DNA of 64,000 nt from Clostridia bacterium (GTDB taxonomy: Bacteria > Bacillota > Clostridia > Christensenellales > UBA1242): contig JAFXKG010000010.1 in assembly GCA_017531805.1 (NCBI GenBank), positions 14,227-78,226 on the forward strand. Direction: 5' to 3'. Positions 55,497 to 64,000 of this stretch are shown piece by piece (within the stretch, counting starts at the first letter, position 1; the number at the start of each line of letters is the position of its first letter). Both the position numbers and the translations under genes were made by a program. Under the pieces are notes generated by a model. It was given only the letters and a program-made list of their open reading frames with translations, had not been told where the DNA came from and did not search any database.

Positions 55497-58400
55497 TTAC
55501 TCTGCATTGATTGTTTTTACAGCATCTGCTAGTTTTACAGACACGATTTTACTTACACCTTTTTCTTCCATTGTAACACCATACAACGCGTCTACAACTT
55601 CCATTGTAGGCTTACGGTGAGTGATAACAATAAATTGTGTTTCGTTGCTGAAGCGCTTTAAGTAGTTTGCGTATCTATCAATGTTTGCATCATCAAGTGC
55701 TGCTTCGATTTCGTCCAAGAAACAGAACGGCATTGGCTTTAATTTTAATATTGCAAACAAGATAGCAATTGCTGTCATGGTTTTTTCGCCACCACTCATA
55801 AGAGTGATATTTTGTAATACTTTGCCTGGCGGTTGAGCAATAATTTCAACACCTGCAGTAAGTGGATCCTCACTTGGCAACAACTCTAACCTAGCATTAC
55901 CACCACCAAACAATTCTTTAAATACTTTAGTGAAGTTTTCTTGAATTTTTACAAACTCAACATTAAATTTTTCAAGCATTTCTGCAGAAAGTTCTTTAAT
56001 GATTTTAACAGCATCTTCTTCTGCTTTTTTAAGGTCTTCAATTTGAGTGTTCATTTCCTCATATCTTGCACCTTCAGTCTTATACTCTTCAATAGCATTT
56101 ATGTTTACATAACCAAGTGCTGTGATTTGATTTTTGATACGGCTGATTTTGATTAAATTTTCTTTAATATCATAATCTTCACCTTGATCTTTAAACGGCA
56201 AGCAATCGTTATATGTCATTTCGTATTCTTCATAAATGCGTTCTTGCATATTTTCGATGTCGATATCTACCTTTTGAAGCTTTGATTCTTCTTGATAAAT
56301 CTTGTTGTTAAGTTTTGAAATATCGTTAGAAATAACAGTTTTCTTGTCGTCCAAATCTTTTAATTCTTTTAATAAAGATTGTTTAAATTCATCAAATTGA
56401 GAAATTTTTAAATTTAACTTATCAAGGTTTTGTTGTAGGTTAGAAACTTCTTCGTCACTACCTTTTGATTTGTTTAAATTTAACGCTTCGTTAAGGACTT
56501 TTTGTTGACTGTTAAGTTCGTTTTCTACCCTTTCTATATTTGATTTTAAAATATCAATTTCGTTGGTTTGAGTTTGAATTGTTTCGTTTAATGATTTGAT
56601 TTTTTCTTCAGTAGATGCAATCTTTACCTTAGAAGTTGTCATAATTTCAGCATGTTGTTCGCGTTTATGTTTAAGTTCTTCGTACTGAGATTTTTGAGTG
56701 TCGTTAAATTGACCAACTTTTGCTTGTGCTGAGTTGTAGTCTTGCTCTAATTTATCAATAGAATTAATTTGAGCATTTAACTCGCTTACAATATTTTCTG
56801 CAACTTTAAGTTGACTTGATAATGAAAAGATATCTTCTTCACTACTTTCTAAATTGCTTTTTAAACCTTCTAGTTTTGTGTTAAAGGTGTAAAATTCGCT
56901 GTTAACTGATTGCAAAGACTCATTTTCAGTTTTATATTGTGACTTAACATTGTCAATCTCAGTAGTGATAGCATATTGCTTTTTGGTTATAATATCTAAT
57001 TCCTTAGATTTTTCTTCAATATTTTTTGCTAAGTTTTTAATTTCAGTTTCTTTGCTTAGAAGTGAACTATCATTACTCTTTTTGCTACCACCAGACATAC
57101 TACCTTGTGGAGATAATACATCTCCTTCAAGTGTTACTATCCTAAACGCATAACCAGATTGTTTTGCAACTGAAACTGCATTGTCTAGGTTGTCACACAC
57201 AACTGTTGCGCCAAGCAAACTGTCGATAACAGGACGATATATAGCATCGGTTTTAACAAGTTCGCTTGCAACACCTAAACAACCCTTTGCAGACAAATAT
57301 TTTTTATCCGCAGCGTTAATTGATCTTGGTTTAACTGCACTAATTGGCAAGAAAGTCGCTCTACCAAGACGAGAATTTTTTAAATAATCGATTAAGACTT
57401 TTGCGTCATTTTCGTCTTTGGTTACAATGTTTTGTATGCTACCGCCTAGTGCAATTTCGATTGCAGTTTGATATTTTTCATCAACATTGATTATATTACC
57501 AACCACACCTTTGATTGCAGAACCTAATTTTGCATTGTTTTTGCCTTCTTGCAACAAGCGTTTAACAGCAAATTGATAACCTTCAAAATCTGCTTGTAAA
57601 TTTGTTAAAATATTCTTCCTATTTGTGTCGTTAGATATGCTTGTTTTTAGTGCATAAATGGTTGAATTTATTTCTTCCAAATCGGCTGAAAGATTTGTTA
57701 ATTTTTGGTTAAGATTGTCTATATTTTCTTGTTTTTTAGCTTTGGTTTTTGTTAAATTTTCTACTGTTGATTTTAATTCCGCATATTCTTTTTCTATCTT
57801 TGTTTTTTCTAAATCTGCGTTGTCTAACTTTAACTTGTCTTGACGGATATTTTCAAGCAAAGTGTCGCGTTTTGCAATGTATGCTGACAAGTTTGCTTTA
57901 ATATCAGTAAGTTTAGACAAATTATCAATAATGTTGCGTTGATTTTCTTCTTTTTCGCCTTCTGTTTTTGCCATTTCATCAACAAGTTGCATATATTGCT
58001 CTGTAATTTTTTCGTTTTCTTTGCGCAAATTTTCTAGATTTTTTTGTTCTTCATTGCGCATATGTATTGCAGAATTTACAAAAGTATTTCTTTGATTTAA
58101 ATCAAGGTTATATGTATTAAGTTGTGTTTCTAACCTGCTGATTTGTTCTTTTAAATATCTTGCTTGCTCATTTAAAAGTCGACTATCGCTTTGCTTTTTT
58201 TCTAGTGCAATAGTGTGTTGAAGAACTTGCTCATGCAATTCGTTTGCCTTTTTGTCAAGCGCACTGATTTCGTTCATAGATTTATCATATTTTGCTTGCT
58301 CTGCTTCCATGGTTTGAGTAAGCACATTTAGATTGTCTCTATAACCTGTCAATTTTTCGTTTATCTCTTGTTTTGTTTGTGCAGCGTGGTCAAATTGATA

Positions 58401-59096
58401 AATATATGCGTTGATTTCAAGATTTTTCAAAATATCTCTATATTCAAGGTATTTTTTAGCATCTTCACTTTGGCGTTTTAATGGCCCTAGTCTACGCTCT
58501 ACTTCGGTCATAATATCACCAGCGCGGCTCAAGTTGTCACGCACGCGTTCCAAGCGGTTTTCGGTTTCTACTTTTCTGGCCTTGTATTTTGCAATACCTG
58601 CGGCTTCTTCAAAAATAGCGCGACGTTCTTCTGGCTTAGATTGAATAATTTCTTCCACTCTACCTTGACCAATAATTGAATAACCGTCTTTACCTATACC
58701 ACTATCATACAAAATATCACGGATATCTTTAAGTCTGCATGGTTTGCGGTTTATCATATAATCACTTTCACCACTGCGGTAAAGTTTACGAGTTAAAACA
58801 ACTTCATCGTATTCAATGTTGAACCACTTGTTTGTGTTGTCAAAAACTAAAGATACTTCACAGTAACTGAGTTTTTTCCTTTTTTCAGTTCCAGCAAAAA
58901 TAACGTCTTGCATACTTTTACCACGAAAGGCTTTGCTTGATTGTTCACCTAACACCCAACGGATAGCGTCACTAACATTACTTTTTCCGCATCCATTAGG
59001 ACCAACAATGGCAGTAATTCCACCGTCAAAACTAATTTTTGTTAAATCAGCAAACGATTTAAAACCTACCATTTCAATTTCTTTAAAAGTTATCAT
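55497..59096 (-). CDS. smc: Chromosome partition protein Smc
   Basis: FKSFAD...GPNGCGKSNV Walker A; long coiled coils with a hinge (GVASELV...); LSGGEKTM signature; FCFLDEIEAALD. Start ATG 59096 with an AGGGGA RBS. Confidence 0.95.
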   Translation of the reverse strand: MITFKEIEMVGFKSFADLTKISFDGGITAIVGPNGCGKSNVSDAIRWVLGEQSSKAFRGKSMQDVIFAGTEKRKKLSYCEVSLVFDNTNKWFNIEYDEVVLTRKLYRSGESDYMINRKPCRLKDIRDILYDSGIGKDGYSIIGQGRVEEIIQSKPEERRAIFEEAAGIAKYKARKVETENRLERVRDNLSRAGDIMTEVERRLGPLKRQSEDAKKYLEYRDILKNLEINAYIYQFDHAAQTKQEINEKLTGYRDNLNVLTQTMEAEQAKYDKSMNEISALDKKANELHEQVLQHTIALEKKQSDSRLLNEQARYLKEQISRLETQLNTYNLDLNQRNTFVNSAIHMRNEEQKNLENLRKENEKITEQYMQLVDEMAKTEGEKEENQRNIIDNLSKLTDIKANLSAYIAKRDTLLENIRQDKLKLDNADLEKTKIEKEYAELKSTVENLTKTKAKKQENIDNLNQKLTNLSADLEEINSTIYALKTSISNDTNRKNILTNLQADFEGYQFAVKRLLQEGKNNAKLGSAIKGVVGNIINVDEKYQTAIEIALGGSIQNIVTKDENDAKVLIDYLKNSRLGRATFLPISAVKPRSINAADKKYLSAKGCLGVASELVKTDAIYRPVIDSLLGATVVCDNLDNAVSVAKQSGYAFRIVTLEGDVLSPQGSMSGGSKKSNDSSLLSKETEIKNLAKNIEEKSKELDIITKKQYAITTEIDNVKSQYKTENESLQSVNSEFYTFNTKLEGLKSNLESSEEDIFSLSSQLKVAENIVSELNAQINSIDKLEQDYNSAQAKVGQFNDTQKSQYEELKHKREQHAEIMTTSKVKIASTEEKIKSLNETIQTQTNEIDILKSNIERVENELNSQQKVLNEALNLNKSKGSDEEVSNLQQNLDKLNLKISQFDEFKQSLLKELKDLDDKKTVISNDISKLNNKIYQEESKLQKVDIDIENMQERIYEEYEMTYNDCLPFKDQGEDYDIKENLIKISRIKNQITALGYVNINAIEEYKTEGARYEEMNTQIEDLKKAEEDAVKIIKELSAEMLEKFNVEFVKIQENFTKVFKELFGGGNARLELLPSEDPLTAGVEIIAQPPGKVLQNITLMSGGEKTMTAIAILFAILKLKPMPFCFLDEIEAALDDANIDRYANYLKRFSNETQFIVITHRKPTMEVVDALYGVTMEEKGVSKIVSVKLADAVKTINAE

Positions 59097-59136
59097 ATGT
59101 TCCCCTAAGGATAGCCATATAGGCTTAAACAACTTT

Positions 59137-59165
59137 ATTATAGCAAAAAGTAGCACTAATTTCAA
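59137..59165 (-). promoter_or_regulatory. Sigma-A type promoter of smc
   Basis: TTGAAA (59160-59165), 17 nt, TGcTATAAT (-10 at 59137-59142). Confidence 0.6.
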
Positions 59166-59210
59166 AACGATTTAAACTAATTATGATAAAATTATTTAAT
59201 CAAGAATAAG

Positions 59211-59240
59211 AAAAAGTCACTATTTTTTAAGTGACTTTTA
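59211..59240 (-). terminator. Intrinsic terminator after ligA
   Basis: Minus strand: AAAGTCACT-(8 nt)-AGTGACTTT followed by TT. Confidence 0.55.
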
Positions 59241-59242
59241 AA

Positions 59243-61213
<1,971 letters not shown>

Positions 61214-61234
61214 TTAATTTGATTGGATTGTTTG

Positions 61235-63442
61235 TTAATCTTTAAACTCTATTGGTGCATAGTCAAGAGATAGCATCTTTTCTCCAACACCTTCAAACTT
61301 AATTTTTACGCAGTGGTTGCTAGAGTTTGGTGTAACTTCTGTAATTTCGCCATCACCAAATTTAGGGTGCGTAACTTTAGCACCAAGTTTGATTTTTGAA
61401 AAATCTACTGCTTTCTTTTCAACAGTATCTTTGCCAAAGGTATAATTAAAAGTTTTGTTTAAATTGTTTGATTGTAATGTGTTCATATTGTCTCCATATT
61501 TTGTAAATTTATTTTGATTATTATATGCTGAAAAGCCTGTGTTTATTTGTCGTTTTTGAACAAGGTCCAGTTCGTATAAAAACCTTGATTTTGCGCTGTT
61601 TTCTCTCTTGCCATACATAAAACGAGACATGCTACTTGTTAAAAACAAGTCCTTTTTTGCTCTTGTAATTGCCACATACATAAGGCGACGCTCTTCTTCA
61701 ATATCGTCCGCATCATCGCGAGAAATTGGAAAGATTTTTTCTTCACAACCTACAACAAAAACGGTGTCAAATTCAAGTCCCTTAGAGCCATGAACAGTTG
61801 CAATTACAACGCCTTTGCCGTCATCAGTATCCATTGCACTAGAAAGTGTCACACTCTCTAAATAATCAACAATAGTAGCGCCTTGGTTGTTTTCTTCAAA
61901 TTCGCGTACTGAGTTTGAAAGTGAGTTTATGTTTAAATATCTTTCATATTCTTGCTCGTTATCCAAGTCAAAAGCGTTTAAAATACCGCTTTCTTCTAGG
62001 ATAAATTTAAAGAAATCAAACATACCCATTGTGTTTATATTTTCTTCCATTTTGCAAAGAAGAGATTTAAAATCTTTAAGTTTATCGCGCAATGCTTTTG
62101 GTAGCACTTCCATTTCGTAATTCATAACAACATCTTTAAGAGAACAACGATTTTTTATTGCAATTTCGTTTAATTTTTCTATACTTGTATCGCCTATTCC
62201 GCGTTTTGGAAAGTTGATTATACGCGCAAAACTTACATTGTCGTCAGGGTTTACTATTGCAGTCAAATACGCAAGAACATTTTTGATTTCTTGACGCTCG
62301 AAAAACTTAAAGCCATTATACATAATGTGCGGGATATTGTAAGCAAGCAGTTTTTCTTCAAACGAACGAGAAAGTGCATTTACACGCATCAAAATTGCCA
62401 TTTCGTGATAAGGGACACCTTGATTGTGCATTTGGATAATATTTCTTACAACAAAATCTGCTTCGTCCGTTTCGGTCATTGCTTGATAGTATGTTACATC
62501 TGCGCCGTCATCATTTTCAGTATACAACACTTTATCTAACCTATTTTTATTGTTTTTTATAATAGTGTTGGCGCGTTCCAAAATCTTTTTAGAACTGCGG
62601 TAATTTTGCTCTAATTTAAACACTTTTGCTTCAGGAAAGTCGCGTGTAAAATTAAAAATGTTTTCAATATTTGCACCACGCCAACCGTAAATTGATTGGT
62701 CCTCGTCACCAACGATAAGTATGTTTCTTGTTTTGCTTGCAAGCAGTTTTACAATGTCATATTGAAGCTTGTTTGTATCTTGAAATTCGTCTACACTAAA
62801 GTGAGTAAATTTGTTTTGTATACTTTCAAGTATTTGGGCATTTGTTGAAATAAGTTTATAAAAATTGATAAGCAAATCATCAAAATCCATTGCATTGTTT
62901 TTCTTTAATTCGTTTTCGTAATCTAAATAAAATTGCTTAAAAATTTCAATATCTTTATCGTAACTGTAAATCTTTACAAATTCATCAATTGACATATTGT
63001 CATTTTTAATTACAGATAAATTGTGCTTGTAATTACATTTTGTTGTTTCGTCGTCGATGTTATATTTTTTAAACAATTCTTTAAAGATTTTTGCAGTGTC
63101 TGTATCGCTAAAGATTGTAAAGTTTTCTTTATAACCTTCTATAAAACTAGCATATGTTCTTAGCATCCTTGCACAAAAGCTGTGGAAGGTGCAAACTGTT
63201 ACCATATCACCATTTTGAGCAACTTTGCCAATACGATCTTTCATCTCTCCTGCTGCTTTGTTTGTAAAAGTTATTGCCAAAATTTTATGTGCAGGGACTC
63301 CACACTCTGTAATTAAATATGCAATTCTATATGTCAACAATCTTGTTTTGCCACTGCCTGCGCCTGCACTTACAAGCACAGGACCATCAGTACAAACAAC
63401 TGCATTATATTGTTCTTCATTTAATAATGATTTATAATCCAT
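61235..63442 (-). CDS. pcrA: ATP-dependent DNA helicase PcrA (UvrD family)
   Basis: LNEEQYNAV...AGAGSGKTRLL Walker A; DEFQDTN; VGDEDQSIYGWRGA; pcrA-ligA synteny. Confidence 0.9.
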   Translation of the reverse strand: MDYKSLLNEEQYNAVVCTDGPVLVSAGAGSGKTRLLTYRIAYLITECGVPAHKILAITFTNKAAGEMKDRIGKVAQNGDMVTVCTFHSFCARMLRTYASFIEGYKENFTIFSDTDTAKIFKELFKKYNIDDETTKCNYKHNLSVIKNDNMSIDEFVKIYSYDKDIEIFKQFYLDYENELKKNNAMDFDDLLINFYKLISTNAQILESIQNKFTHFSVDEFQDTNKLQYDIVKLLASKTRNILIVGDEDQSIYGWRGANIENIFNFTRDFPEAKVFKLEQNYRSSKKILERANTIIKNNKNRLDKVLYTENDDGADVTYYQAMTETDEADFVVRNIIQMHNQGVPYHEMAILMRVNALSRSFEEKLLAYNIPHIMYNGFKFFERQEIKNVLAYLTAIVNPDDNVSFARIINFPKRGIGDTSIEKLNEIAIKNRCSLKDVVMNYEMEVLPKALRDKLKDFKSLLCKMEENINTMGMFDFFKFILEESGILNAFDLDNEQEYERYLNINSLSNSVREFEENNQGATIVDYLESVTLSSAMDTDDGKGVVIATVHGSKGLEFDTVFVVGCEEKIFPISRDDADDIEEERRLMYVAITRAKKDLFLTSSMSRFMYGKRENSAKSRFLYELDLVQKRQINTGFSAYNNQNKFTKYGDNMNTLQSNNLNKTFNYTFGKDTVEKKAVDFSKIKLGAKVTHPKFGDGEITEVTPNSSNHCVKIKFEGVGEKMLSLDYAPIEFKD

Positions 63443-63548
63443 AAATAAAAAAATAACTCCAAAATTTAAATTTTACATAAGAAAAAGAATTATATAATCA
63501 CTTCCCCCTAAGCGTGCAAATATATAATTCATAATTATTATATCAAAT

Positions 63549-63573
63549 AAAAAACTGAAACGCAAACGTTTCA
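63549..63573 (-). terminator. Intrinsic terminator after the 103-aa orphan
   Basis: Minus strand: TGAAACG-tttg-CGTTTCA followed by T6. Confidence 0.65.
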
Positions 63574-63584
63574 ATTCTAAATTT

Positions 63585-63896
63585 TTAATTAAGCCAATTT
63601 TCTAATCCGCTTTCGTGTATAAGTTCTGCATCTAAAAATTTCAACCATTCAACACCTGCCGTTAAATTGTCTTCGCCATGAATTTTAAATCTAACATTAC
63701 TACACTCAAGAAGCCTAACATAACGCTTGGTATTTTTATATAACACGACTACGGCTGAAAAACAACTGTTTTTAAAATCCCACGCACGCGGTGTTCTCTC
63801 TTTTTGATTTTCAAGCACCCGAAAACCTGTCCAGTCATAACCATAATGAGCTTTAATAAATTTTTGAACATGTCTCAATTTGTAATCTCTTTTCAT
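63585..63896 (-). CDS. Hypothetical protein (103 aa)
   Basis: Clean ORF bounded by terminators. No family recognised. Confidence 0.45.
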   Translation of the reverse strand: MKRDYKLRHVQKFIKAHYGYDWTGFRVLENQKERTPRAWDFKNSCFSAVVVLYKNTKRYVRLLECSNVRFKIHGEDNLTAGVEWLKFLDAELIHESGLENWLN

Positions 63897-63948
63897 AACA
63901 ACTCCATATAATGATATTATATTAAAAAAATCAAGTTATGTCAAGATG

Positions 63949-63978
63949 AAAAAAGATGGCTAATGCCATCAATTTTTT
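63949..63978. terminator. Intrinsic terminator hairpin (bidirectional in form)
   Basis: A6, GATGGC-taat-GCCATC, aaTTTTTT. Probably terminates a minus-strand gene whose last codons lie at the window end. Confidence 0.55.
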
Positions 63979-64000
63979 AATAACGAGATTTTTTAGCTGC

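Noticed and set aside
63979-64000. Minus-strand reading ...AAKKSRY-TAA at the extreme window end, possibly the C-terminus of a small basic protein.
   Set aside because: Only 7 codons are visible, which is too short to call.

Overview
AT-rich (by eye about 30% G+C) core chromosomal region of a low-GC Firmicute. It is almost certainly an endospore former, because a complete spoIIIAA-AH operon is present. I count about 72 protein genes and one tRNA-Glu(CUC). Roughly 90% of genes are on the minus strand. The standard code applies: TGA is used as a stop (trmD, spoIIIAF). The content is housekeeping blocks syntenic with Bacillus and Clostridium. On the minus strand, right to left: pcrA-ligA; smc-ftsY-(nudix)-ylxM-ffh-rpsP-KH-(orphan)-rimM-trmD; rbgA-rnhB-yraN-rplS; comM-dprA-topA-trmFO-hslVU-tcdA-trx; nifS-iscU-like; ruvX-DUF1292; rpsB-tsf-frr-uppS-cdsA-rseP; PolC-like exonuclease-rimP-nusA-ylxR-ylxQ-infB-rbfA-truB; efp; spoIIIAA-AH-asp23-nusB-xseAB-proS; comEC-holA-ygjP; miaB-mutS (mutS is cut by the window edge and absent from the ORF track). 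The few plus-strand genes are a class A PBP, rpsT, the tRNA and three orphans. I found no transposase, integrase, prophage, CRISPR array or recognisable defence or toxin island, and I cannot support a novel multi-gene system here. The features least explained by ordinary annotation are listed below. (1) A tandem array of diverged copies of the Met-rich C-terminal coding module of ffh lies in the ffh 3' region. One copy is in frame behind the TAA stop, and differences between copies are mostly synonymous. (2) A 506-aa PolC-derived N-terminal/OB + DEDDh exonuclease protein with no PHP or polymerase part sits exactly in the polC synteny slot. (3) An IscU-like protein next to nifS has lost 2 of 3 cluster-ligand cysteines. 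(4) rplS is displaced and has its own promoter and a G+C-rich leader. (5) Orphan genes are inserted into the normally invariant rpsP-trmD operon. Several ORF-track starts were trimmed to internal RBS-supported starts. All homology calls rest on motifs and synteny read by eye; no searches were run.
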